From contig CBDCTS010000007.1 in NCBI GenBank assembly GCA_965222345.1, forward strand, positions 114,760 through 178,759: a stretch of DNA of 64,000 bases. Direction: 5' to 3'. Below are positions 37,201 to 45,857 of this stretch, piece after piece. The stretch is from Terriglobia bacterium (GTDB taxonomy: Bacteria > Acidobacteriota > Terriglobia > 2-12-FULL-54-10). A model generated the notes under the pieces. That model was not told the DNA's origin. It saw only the letters and a program-made list of their open reading frames with translations, and did not search any database. Every line of letters starts with the position of its first letter. Positions within the stretch are counted from its first letter, which is position 1. A program made the translations under genes and the position numbers.

Positions 37201-39048
37201 ATGCCCGAGTTGGTGCGCCTGCTGCGATACGTCAAACCCTACCGGCTGCGGTTCTTCGGGGCCGTGATCATGATGGTGGGAGTGGGGTTTTTTGAAGCCG
37301 TAGCGGCATTGCTGATCGGTCCGATTTTCGACCGCGTGCTGAACTCCGCCGCTCCCGATTCCTCCGTGCCGCTGCTGACTTTGCCTTACTTTGAGACGAC
37401 GATCTATTTGGACCGGCTGCTGCCCGGCTGGGTTCATAACGTGTGGACGGTCGTCGCCGTCTTTGTGATTGGAGTCACGCTCGGAAAGGCAGTCTGCGAA
37501 TACGTGGCAAACTATCTGATCAACTTCGTGGGTTTCGCCGTCATCAAGGATCTGCGCAACCGGCTGTACCAGAAAATTCTGCAGCAGTCCACGAGTTTTT
37601 TCCGACGGTATTCCACCGGCAATCTGATGTCGAGGATCGTCAATGACATTGAGAAGATTCAGCTGGCCGTCTCACACGTGCTGGCGGACTTCTTGCGGCA
37701 GAGCTTCACGCTGGTCGGCCTGCTGTTTGTGGTGTTCGTCCTGGACTGGCGACTGGCGCTGATATCGGTCGGCCTGCTGCCGCTGGTGATGGTTCCCTCA
37801 GTCAATATCGGCAGACGGATCCGGCGCTCTACCCTCAAGAGCCAGGACAACCTGGCCGAGATCAGCCAACTGTTGCAGGAAACCATCAGCGGCAACCGCA
37901 TCGTGAAGGCGTTCCGGATGGAGCAGTGGGAGATCAGCCGGTTCCGCGCCGCCGCCCGGAGATTATTCCAGATCAACTTGAAGTTCGTGAGGGCGCAGGC
38001 GATCACCTCTCCTTTGATGGAGGTTCTGGGCGCGGTGACGGTTGTTTTTCTGCTGCTCTACGCGCGCGACCGGATTGTAAACAACCTGATGACCACGGGG
38101 ATGTTCGTCAGCTTCCTCTACGCTCTGTTTAAGATGTACGAGCCGGTCAAGCGGCTCTCCGGCATTAACAACTCCTTCCAGCAGGCGTTGGGCGCCAGCA
38201 CCAAGGTCTTTGAATTACTGGACCTGCAGGAGGAGGTCCGGGAAAAACCGGGCGCTGAAGTCCTGCCTCCCTTCTCGCGTTCGATTGTGTTTGAGGATGT
38301 ATCCTTCGCCTACGAAGACGGCGAGCCGATGCTCCGGAATATCCAGACGGAAGTGCGTGCGGGGGAAGTGGTGGCCATCGTAGGGCCGAGCGGGGCCGGC
38401 AAGAGTACGCTGGTTAACTTGATTCCACGGTTTTTCGACGTCAGCAGCGGCCGCGTGCTCCTGGACGGGGTGGACGTCCGCGACCTGACGCTCGACTCGC
38501 TGCGCTCTCAGATCAGCATCGTCACCCAGGAAACGATTTTGTTCAACGACAGCATCCGAAACAACATCGGCTACGGCCGTCCGGACCTCTCCAAGGAAGA
38601 AATTCACCGCGCGGCGCGAACCGCCCTGGCCCACGATTTTATTATGCAGATGCCGATGGCTTACGACACGGTCGTGGCCGACCGTGGGGAAAGACTCAGC
38701 GGCGGGCAGCGGCAGCGGCTGGCGATTGCCCGGGCCCTGTTGAAGAACTCGCCTGTGCTGATTCTGGATGAAGCCACCTCGGAACTCGACACCGAGTCGG
38801 AACATTTGGTCCAGAAGGCTCTCGCCAACCTGATGGCGGGGCGGACCGTCATTGTGATCGCCCACCGGCTCTCCACGGTCCGGAGAGCGGACAAGATTGT
38901 TGTACTCGACGAGGGAAGAATCCAGGAGATTGGAACACACCTGGACTTGGTGAATCGGGGCGGCGTTTATCAGAGGCTGCACGAGATGCAGTTTCTGGAT
39001 TTGCATGGACCGGAAACCGCCAAACGCGAAGCGCCTACGGTCCGCTAG
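37201..39048 (+). CDS. ABC transporter, fused permease/ATPase (MsbA-like exporter)
   Basis: A six-TM N-terminal domain is followed by GPSGAGKST, LSGGQRQR and ILDEATS. Confidence 0.85.
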   Translation: MPELVRLLRYVKPYRLRFFGAVIMMVGVGFFEAVAALLIGPIFDRVLNSAAPDSSVPLLTLPYFETTIYLDRLLPGWVHNVWTVVAVFVIGVTLGKAVCEYVANYLINFVGFAVIKDLRNRLYQKILQQSTSFFRRYSTGNLMSRIVNDIEKIQLAVSHVLADFLRQSFTLVGLLFVVFVLDWRLALISVGLLPLVMVPSVNIGRRIRRSTLKSQDNLAEISQLLQETISGNRIVKAFRMEQWEISRFRAAARRLFQINLKFVRAQAITSPLMEVLGAVTVVFLLLYARDRIVNNLMTTGMFVSFLYALFKMYEPVKRLSGINNSFQQALGASTKVFELLDLQEEVREKPGAEVLPPFSRSIVFEDVSFAYEDGEPMLRNIQTEVRAGEVVAIVGPSGAGKSTLVNLIPRFFDVSSGRVLLDGVDVRDLTLDSLRSQISIVTQETILFNDSIRNNIGYGRPDLSKEEIHRAARTALAHDFIMQMPMAYDTVVADRGERLSGGQRQRLAIARALLKNSPVLILDEATSELDTESEHLVQKALANLMAGRTVIVIAHRLSTVRRADKIVVLDEGRIQEIGTHLDLVNRGGVYQRLHEMQFLDLHGPETAKREAPTVR

Positions 39049-39115
39049 AAGGAGCTAACCAGTTATGGGGCAAAAGCTGCCCAATCCTCCCGCGAAAGCG
39101 CCGGCAGAAACTCTC

Positions 39116-40015
39116 TTGCGGTCCATGACCGGATTCGCGCGGACCGTCGCCGAGGGGGATGGATTCACGGTGCAGGTCAGCCTGCACAGCGTGAATCACC
39201 GCTACCTGGATTTGCGTGTGCACCTTCCCGAATCCTTGTCGTCGCTGGAAGCAAAGGTTCGCAGGACAATCAAAGAGAGAAGCCCTCGGGGACATCTGGA
39301 ATTGCGGGTTACTCTGGAATGCGACAACGGGACGGACGTGGCCGTGAACGAGGAACTGGCTGAAAAGTACGCAGCGGCATTCCGTCGCCTGGGCCAGCGC
39401 CTGGGGTTGACTGCCGAAACGGATATGGCAACCCTGTCCCGGATGCCGGGCGTGGTAGGGGCAGGGGCAGCCTCCTTGTCTTCTTCCGAGGACCTTCTGC
39501 CGCAACTCGAGGCCTCCTTCTGGAAGAGCTTGCAGGACACCTTGCAGCGTTGGGACCAGATGCGCGCGGAGGAAGCAAGGTTTCTGGAAGCGGAGTTGCG
39601 TTTGCACGTCGGCCGGGTTGCCGTCTTCGTGGAGCGCATGGAACAAATGAGGACGGAAACGGTTCCCCGAGCCCGGCAACGGCTCCAGGAGCGCCTGCAG
39701 GCGGTTCTGGGGAATACGGGCCTCGACAGCACCCGAATGATCCAGGAAGCAGCCCTGCTGGCTGAACGTTCCGATATCTGCGAGGAGATCGCCCGGCTGA
39801 AAGCGCATGCCTCGCAATTTGGCAAGCTGCTCGATGGCGAGGCCAACGCAGGCAAGAAGCTGGATTTTCTCCTGCAAGAAATGAATCGGGAACTGAACAC
39901 CTCGCTCTCAAAGATTACGGCCCTGGGCGAGAGCGGCCTTCCGATGACACAAGTCGGTCTGGAGATTAAGGCGGAGGTGGAGCAATTACGGGAACAGGTG
40001 CAAAACCTGCAATAG
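39116..40015 (+). CDS. yicC: YicC-family stress-induced protein
   Basis: (M)RSMTGFAR N-terminus, SVNHRYLD and a C-terminal DUF1732-like EIKAEVEQLREQVQN. The start (TTG 39116 or ATG 39065/39125) is uncertain. Confidence 0.8.
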   Translation: MRSMTGFARTVAEGDGFTVQVSLHSVNHRYLDLRVHLPESLSSLEAKVRRTIKERSPRGHLELRVTLECDNGTDVAVNEELAEKYAAAFRRLGQRLGLTAETDMATLSRMPGVVGAGAASLSSSEDLLPQLEASFWKSLQDTLQRWDQMRAEEARFLEAELRLHVGRVAVFVERMEQMRTETVPRARQRLQERLQAVLGNTGLDSTRMIQEAALLAERSDICEEIARLKAHASQFGKLLDGEANAGKKLDFLLQEMNRELNTSLSKITALGESGLPMTQVGLEIKAEVEQLREQVQNLQ

Positions 40016-40059
40016 CAGGCCGCTTTGCTACGGAGCGCGGCCGGAGGTCTCCCGGAACA

Positions 40060-40746
40060 ATGAAGACAGGCGTCTTTATCATCTCAGCTCCATCGGGTTC
40101 CGGAAAAACCACCCTGATGGGAAAGCTGCTGCAGGAGCTTTCCGGTCTTCACTTCTCGGTCTCTTACACGACGCGCCAGCCGAGGGGACAGGAGCAAAAC
40201 GGCAAGGAGTACTTTTTTGTGACCTGCGAAGAGTTCCAGAAAATGATCCAGCAACAGGATCTGCTGGAATGGGCCAAAGTCTTTGGGAACTACTACGGGA
40301 CCGCCCGCCGCTTTCTGGAGGAGGTCCGGGAAGCGGGGATAGACCTGCTGCTGGATATTGACGTGCAGGGGGCCGCACAGGTGAAGGAGAAGCTAGCGGA
40401 GGCAACCTCTGTATTTATTCTGCCCCCTTCCCGCAAGGAACTGGAGTGGAGGCTGCGGCACCGAAGTCAGGATACCGAGAAAGTGATTCAGAATCGCCTG
40501 CGCGACGCAGGCAAGGAAATTCAAGGTTATCATCAGTATGATTACATTCTCATCAACGATCAGTTGGAGCACTCCGCCGAGCAGTTGAAAGCCATTGTGC
40601 TGGCGGAGCGGTGGCGCCGGCAAAAGGAACCACAGGCGCAGCCGGGGTCCATGGCCTTCGAGTCCGTGCGGGCTCTGGCGGAAGGCTGTTTGAAAGAGCG
40701 CGTACAAACACAAGTCCAACCGATCCTTGCAAGTTTTGGAGGTTAA
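40060..40746 (+). CDS. gmk: Guanylate kinase
   Basis: SAPSGSGKTTL P-loop and SVSYTTRQPRGQEQNGKEYFFV. Confidence 0.92.
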   Translation: MKTGVFIISAPSGSGKTTLMGKLLQELSGLHFSVSYTTRQPRGQEQNGKEYFFVTCEEFQKMIQQQDLLEWAKVFGNYYGTARRFLEEVREAGIDLLLDIDVQGAAQVKEKLAEATSVFILPPSRKELEWRLRHRSQDTEKVIQNRLRDAGKEIQGYHQYDYILINDQLEHSAEQLKAIVLAERWRRQKEPQAQPGSMAFESVRALAEGCLKERVQTQVQPILASFGG

Positions 40747-40749
40747 TGA

Positions 40750-40986
40750 ATGCAGGATAGCACCAACAAGGTGGACAGCAAGTATCGATTTATTCTCCTG
40801 GCCGCCAAGCGAGCCAGGCAATTGCAGAGCGGGGCCAAATCGCTGATACACACGACGGCACGCAAGCATACCCGAATTGCGCAGGAGGAACTGCGGGCCG
40901 GCGTGTTGGAGTTTGAATTCCCACCGCTACCGGATTCCGACGAGGACCGGAAAAAGAAGGCTCCCGCCAAAAAAAGCAAGAAATGA
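40750..40986 (+). CDS. rpoZ: DNA-directed RNA polymerase subunit omega
   Basis: SKYRFILLAAKRARQL; 78 aa; conserved position after gmk. Confidence 0.88.
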   Translation: MQDSTNKVDSKYRFILLAAKRARQLQSGAKSLIHTTARKHTRIAQEELRAGVLEFEFPPLPDSDEDRKKKAPAKKSKK

Positions 40987-41058
40987 CAAGCGAGCAGGGC
41001 AGGTCCTGCAACAAGGGCCTGGAGTTGCACAGACGGGTAGAACCCTGAAGGTGAACCC

Positions 41059-42267
41059 ATGAAAGTAGCCGTTGGCGTCACGGGCGGGATTGCCGCTTAT
41101 AAGGCGGCTGAACTGGTGCGAGAGCTGCAGCAGAGGGACCTCGAAGTGCAGGTCATCCTGACGGCCCACGGGCAGGAGTTTGTCCGCCCGCTCACGTTCG
41201 CAGCCCTCACCGGACAAAAAGTCATCACGGAGATGTTCGGTTCGGATCAGCAGGAGGCGAACGTGGAAAGCGCCATAGAGCACATTGCGGTGGCGCAATC
41301 GATTGACCTGCTGGTTGTGGCCCCGGCCACGGCGGATTGCCTGGCGAAGTTTGCCCACGGCGTTGCGGACGACTTCCTCTGCACTCTCTATCTGGCCACA
41401 AAGGCTCCGGTTGTGGCGGCTCCGGCCATGAACGTAAACATGTGGGAACATCCGGCTACACGGGAAAACCTGGAGTGCTTGCGGAAGCGCGGGGTATCCA
41501 TTGTGGAGCCGGACGCCGGCTCCCTGGCCTGCGGCATGACGGGGCCTGGACGCCTTGCCGAGACGGGAGCCATCCTCGAGCGGGTTCTGGAGGTGCTGGG
41601 AATCCGCCAGGACTTGAAAGGGAAAGTGGTGCTGGTGACTGCCGGACCCACGCGGGAACAGATCGACCCGGTCCGGTTTCTCAGCAACCGTTCGAGCGGA
41701 AAGATGGGCTATGCCGTGGCGGAGGCAGCGCAACGCAGGGGGGCGCGGACTTTGCTGGTCAGCGGGCCGACCGCTTTGCAGCCGCCTGCGGGAGTGGAGT
41801 ATATCCCCGTGACCACGGTGGCCGAGATGCGAGCTGCCGTGCTGGAGCGCCTGCCGGAGGCGTCGATCATGGTGAAGGCAGCGGCGGCGGCCGACTACCG
41901 TCCCCGTAAGCGAGCGGGCCAAAAGATACGCAAAACCGGCAAGGAGTTGTCGTTGCTCCTGGAGCCTACCGAAGACATCCTGTCCGAGGTTGCACGCCGC
42001 AAGAGAAACCAGATTGTGGTGGGATTTGCCGCTGAGACGGAAAACCTGGTGGCCAACGCCCGGAGGAAGCTCGAAGCCAAGCATCTCGATTTCGTGGTGG
42101 CCAATGAGGTCGGCAAAAACGGAAGCGGCTTCGATTCAGACTACAATACGGTCACCATCCTGGGCCGCGACGGACTGGAACGTTCCCTGCCGCGCCTGAA
42201 AAAAATCGAGGTGGCCAACGAAATCCTGAACGAAGTAGTCAACCTTCCATCCTATGGAAAATCCTGA
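41059..42267 (+). CDS. coaBC: Bifunctional phosphopantothenoylcysteine decarboxylase / phosphopantothenate-cysteine ligase
   Basis: N-terminal flavoprotein domain (GVTGGIAAYK) and C-terminal DFP ligase domain (NRSSGKMG). Confidence 0.92.
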   Translation: MKVAVGVTGGIAAYKAAELVRELQQRDLEVQVILTAHGQEFVRPLTFAALTGQKVITEMFGSDQQEANVESAIEHIAVAQSIDLLVVAPATADCLAKFAHGVADDFLCTLYLATKAPVVAAPAMNVNMWEHPATRENLECLRKRGVSIVEPDAGSLACGMTGPGRLAETGAILERVLEVLGIRQDLKGKVVLVTAGPTREQIDPVRFLSNRSSGKMGYAVAEAAQRRGARTLLVSGPTALQPPAGVEYIPVTTVAEMRAAVLERLPEASIMVKAAAAADYRPRKRAGQKIRKTGKELSLLLEPTEDILSEVARRKRNQIVVGFAAETENLVANARRKLEAKHLDFVVANEVGKNGSGFDSDYNTVTILGRDGLERSLPRLKKIEVANEILNEVVNLPSYGKS

Positions 42268-43126
42268 GAAGGCACTGTCCCGCGAGCTAGCCAACTGGCT
42301 GAAGTATTACCGCCAACTGGGATTCACTCATCTGTATCTGCGGGGCGCCAGTTCTTCCGATGAGGAGAACTCCGCAGAGTCTCCGGCCGGCTTGCCCTCA
42401 ATGGCGGAGAGAAACCAAATCCAATCGACCGTCCACTCAGCCAGTCACTCAGGCGGCGATCGGGCATCCGCAGAGGCAAGGACCCCGGCACTCTCTGCCA
42501 CATCCTCACTTCCCAAACCGGCTCGCCAGCCCCAGAGCGGGGAACTATTTTCGGCGTATTCTCCCGGCGAGAGTTTGCCGGCGATTCAGCAGGACTTGGG
42601 AGACTGCCGCCGCTGCAAGCTGTGGAAGGGCCGCTCCAACATTGTGTTCGGGTCCGGGAATCCCAAGGCGGAGCTGGTTTTCGTGGGAGAAGGTCCGGGC
42701 GCGGATGAAGACCGCCAGGGTTTGCCCTTTGTGGGGCGCGCCGGGCAGCTTCTGACGAATATGATCGAGAAGGGAATGGGGATTCCCCGGCCCGAGGTTT
42801 ACATCTGCAACATCGTCAAATGCCGCCCGCCGGAAAACCGCAAGCCGGAAAAAGATGAAATCGCCACCTGCCGTCAATTCGTGGAGCGCCAGTTGCATGC
42901 GATTCAGCCCCGCGTGATCTGCGCATTGGGGGCGACGGCTGCCGAGACGCTGCTGGGGGTGCGCCAGTCAATGGCGAGCCTCCGCGGGCAGTGGCATGAA
43001 TTTCAAGGGTTCCCGGTGCTGGTGTCCTATCATCCCGCCTTTTTGTTGCGCGACCCCTCCAAGAAGCGCGAATCATGGGCCGATCTGAAGATGATCCTCG
43101 CTTATTTGAATTCCTCACGGGATTGA
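42254..43126 (+). CDS. Uracil-DNA glycosylase, family 4
   Basis: GEGPGADEDRQGLPFVGRAGQLL and HPAFLLR motifs, with a long N-terminal extension. Overlaps the coaBC end by 14 nt. Confidence 0.85.
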   Translation: MENPEKALSRELANWLKYYRQLGFTHLYLRGASSSDEENSAESPAGLPSMAERNQIQSTVHSASHSGGDRASAEARTPALSATSSLPKPARQPQSGELFSAYSPGESLPAIQQDLGDCRRCKLWKGRSNIVFGSGNPKAELVFVGEGPGADEDRQGLPFVGRAGQLLTNMIEKGMGIPRPEVYICNIVKCRPPENRKPEKDEIATCRQFVERQLHAIQPRVICALGATAAETLLGVRQSMASLRGQWHEFQGFPVLVSYHPAFLLRDPSKKRESWADLKMILAYLNSSRD

Positions 43127-43248
43127 GAATCAGAGAGTACAGGCCGCTCTTTAGAGCATTTCTCTCCTTGGTGTATATCGGGCAGTGGTAGCCACGACGA
43201 GCGATTTCTTCGTCGGTGGGCCGATGCGGGTAATGAAAAGCCCACATT

Positions 43249-44145
43249 TCATTTCGCCTCTAACACGTGGTGGAAACGAGTCTTATAAACTATCACCTTC
43301 TCGAAGTCAGCGGAGTCGATTTTCTGGAAACCATCGATTTGGATTTCTTGATCTTGAGCCGGATCAATGAAGTCGACGACTACAACTAGCCAATAGGCGT
43401 CGCAGTGTCGGTAATCCGGCACCTTCGATTCCTTCTTCCTGACAATTTCTAGTAGCTTGTCCCTCGACAAGATTGGGCCATCATAAACTTGAACGACCCT
43501 CCATTCAGGGTCCTGATATTCTTCTGCATTTATATAGACAAACAAAAGCTCTGGTATGTCATTGAAGGTGTCTTTGCTTATCCGCCCGCTTTTTCGTCCA
43601 TCAATATGCTTTCCTAGTCCGGCAATTTTCCTAGCTAGTTTCCCTCGGTCTCTAATGGGCGATGCTTTGTTAAACGAAAATGAGAGCTCGATTCTTTTCC
43701 CGCCATTCGCGAGGTAAATTCGTTGGGCCTCCGAAACAACTTTGTCACGCACCTCGCTTTGACGTTGCTCGCTGTCTGTACACCCACCGTCTTCCAAGTA
43801 GAAGTTGGTGATTTCGATTCCAATCTTCTTTGCCCCGTGCAGTATGACATCAGGCTTGTCTCGATATTCGATTCTCCCTGTTGGCAGCTTATAATGTTCC
43901 CGGAACCTCTCGAAGTAGTACGACTCTTTCAGCCATTTTCCCATACGGCGATGAGCTTCGCACGGAGTAACAACTTCCGCCGCAGTGATTCCTTTTTCAA
44001 CCTTGAAAAGATCATAGAGCCGCATGACAACGTCATCAGCGTTCGCCTCATCACGAAGAGCTTTCAGTAACGCTTGTTTTGTATCCATAGACGACATCCT
44101 GGACCGCAAATATTTACGAACCGAACAAAGAACCTCTTGCTTCAA
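43249..44145 (-). CDS. Hypothetical protein in an AT-richer islet (possible restriction-endonuclease-like core)
   Basis: 298-aa ORF with visibly lower GC than its neighbours. KPDVILHG..KKIGIEITN resembles (E/D)xPD...G(I/V)E(x)T nuclease-like motifs; this is weak. Alternative starts lie at 44097 and 44088. Confidence 0.5.
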   Translation of the reverse strand: MKQEVLCSVRKYLRSRMSSMDTKQALLKALRDEANADDVVMRLYDLFKVEKGITAAEVVTPCEAHRRMGKWLKESYYFERFREHYKLPTGRIEYRDKPDVILHGAKKIGIEITNFYLEDGGCTDSEQRQSEVRDKVVSEAQRIYLANGGKRIELSFSFNKASPIRDRGKLARKIAGLGKHIDGRKSGRISKDTFNDIPELLFVYINAEEYQDPEWRVVQVYDGPILSRDKLLEIVRKKESKVPDYRHCDAYWLVVVVDFIDPAQDQEIQIDGFQKIDSADFEKVIVYKTRFHHVLEAK

Positions 44146-44281
44146 CCACTCTCGCGTACGTGAGCGTGCCTACCTCCTGTTCAGGTCGACCCGCCTAAAC
44201 CGCGATGGCAGGCGGCTTACGACCATGCAACCCCACGATTGCGTGGGGATCGGTTCTCATTATAAGACCGCTTATGAGAGA

Positions 44282-44497
44282 ATGGAGGGCATGAAGCGTT
44301 CGTTTGCTGCTACCGTCTGGCGCGAGGGAAGCTGGTTTGTCTCGCAGTGTTTGGAAGTCGATGTAGCGAGCCAGGGGGAGACGGAAGAAAAAGCCCTCGC
44401 AAACCTGCAAGAAGCGCTGGAATTGTACTTTGAGCCGCCACAAGCCACGCGCCCTCCGAAGGTTCGCATGATCGAGGTTGAGATTGGGGCGGCTTAA
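44282..44497 (+). CDS. hicB: HicB-family antitoxin (UPF0150-like)
   Basis: FAATVWREGSWFVSQCLEVDVASQGETEEKALANLQEALELYFE is a typical HicB N-domain. Confidence 0.75.
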   Translation: MEGMKRSFAATVWREGSWFVSQCLEVDVASQGETEEKALANLQEALELYFEPPQATRPPKVRMIEVEIGAA

Positions 44498-44711
44498 GCC
44501 GCAGCCCTTCCGCGAGGTCAAGCGCCGCCTGGAAGCAGCGGGCTTCGTGGAAGCCAGACAGAAGGGCAGCCACGTCAAGTTCATCCGTAGGCTGGGCGAA
44601 ACCGTCGACACAGCGATCGTGCCCAAGAAACGCGAAATCCCCGTGGGTACCCTGCGCAGCATCCTCAACCAAGCGCACATCGATCCTGATCAGTGGGACA
44701 AGCTGGGCTGA
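44478..44711 (+). CDS. hicA: HicA-family mRNA interferase toxin
   Basis: FREVKRRLEAAGFVEARQKGSHVKF...IVPKKREIPVGTLRSILNQA. TTG start overlaps the end of hicB. Confidence 0.75.
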   Translation: MRLGRLKPQPFREVKRRLEAAGFVEARQKGSHVKFIRRLGETVDTAIVPKKREIPVGTLRSILNQAHIDPDQWDKLG

Positions 44712-44760
44712 TCACTTGGACCTGTAACGCCCTTCCCGGAAAGTGACCCACAGCCACTCT

Positions 44761-44814
44761 TTCGGTTCTCTCGGAATCTTCGGTTCTTTCGGTATCTTCG
44801 GAATTCTCGGAAGA
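44761..44814. repeat. Six tandem 9-bp units (YTCGGWWNN)
   Basis: The units read ttcggttct ctcggaatc ttcggttct ttcggtatc ttcggaatt ctcggaaga. Same family and same terminal 20-mer as 3466-3548. Confidence 0.9.
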
Positions 44815-44924
44815 ATGGTTTGACGCTCTCTCGGCAGGCAGCCCATACTGGCGGAGGAAGGCAAGTAACGAACAAGAAGGCTTGCCCTGAGCGAAGCTGC
44901 AGGGAGCCGAAAGGTGGAGAAAAT

Positions 44925-45791
44925 ATGAAAGAAGTTTCCTTAAGGAAGGCGCAAGCGAACCGCAGAAACGCTTTGAAGTCCACCGGGCCGAAGACTCCCG
45001 AAGGCAAACGGTTCGTGCGATGGAATGCGTTGAAACATGGGCTTCTGGCGCGGGAGGTGCTGATTCCGGCGGGCATGGGCGCGGAGGACCGCACGGAATT
45101 TCGAAATCTGCTGCGCCAACTCCGTCACGATCTGCAGCCCAGCGGCGCTCTGGAGGAGATTCTGGTTGAGAAGATTGCGGTCTGCTACTGGCGGTTACGA
45201 AGGGGCCTGCGGTCCGAGATTAGAGGAATACAGAACGACCGGAAGATAGCCGTCAAGGAGTTGTATTCGTCGATGGCAATGAAGACGGAACTCGCCCATC
45301 AGCCCGATGCGCCGCGCCACCCCGACATGCTCAGAACGAATTCCTCTGGAGTGGAGTTTCTCTTGGAACTCCTGGGGAAGTTCCGGGCGGAGATTGAAGA
45401 GATTGGCTCACTTTCAAAAGACTCCCGGCAGAAGCTGACAGAATACTTCGGGGATCGGCTGGGCAGCGGCGTCAGGCTGGAAGGAGCCGGATCGGATGCA
45501 TCCGAAAGGGCGGCGACCGGGTTGCCGGGCAACCTTCTGAAGGCGCTCGATGAGGAGGAGAAAACGCTGGATGACTTGTGGCAGGAACTGCAGGAGAAGG
45601 AATGTCAGCGGATGGAGAGCAACTTTGCCCGCTTCAGCCTACCGGATGCGACAGACCAGATTCTTCGTTACGAGACTGCTCTGGAACGCCAGCTCTATCG
45701 GGCACTGCATCAATTAGAGCGAAAACAGAGACGGAGCCGAGGAGAGCCGATGCCTCCGCCGGTGAGCGTGGAGTTTTTGGGCGGAAAGTAA
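44925..45791 (+). CDS. Conserved hypothetical protein with the N-terminal motif NRRNALKSTGPKTPEGK....NALKHGL
   Basis: 288-aa ORF with ATG after AAGGTGGAG. From memory, the N-terminal motif and the C-terminal RYETALERQLYRALHQLER block recur in unannotated proteins of Acidobacteriota, Planctomycetota and Verrucomicrobiota. Confidence 0.65.
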   Translation: MKEVSLRKAQANRRNALKSTGPKTPEGKRFVRWNALKHGLLAREVLIPAGMGAEDRTEFRNLLRQLRHDLQPSGALEEILVEKIAVCYWRLRRGLRSEIRGIQNDRKIAVKELYSSMAMKTELAHQPDAPRHPDMLRTNSSGVEFLLELLGKFRAEIEEIGSLSKDSRQKLTEYFGDRLGSGVRLEGAGSDASERAATGLPGNLLKALDEEEKTLDDLWQELQEKECQRMESNFARFSLPDATDQILRYETALERQLYRALHQLERKQRRSRGEPMPPPVSVEFLGGK

Positions 45792-45857
45792 TAAATTACG
45801 AAACAAAGCCAACAAGTTGTTTGTTTTCAACAAAAACAGAAATTGGCACCTGTAAAA

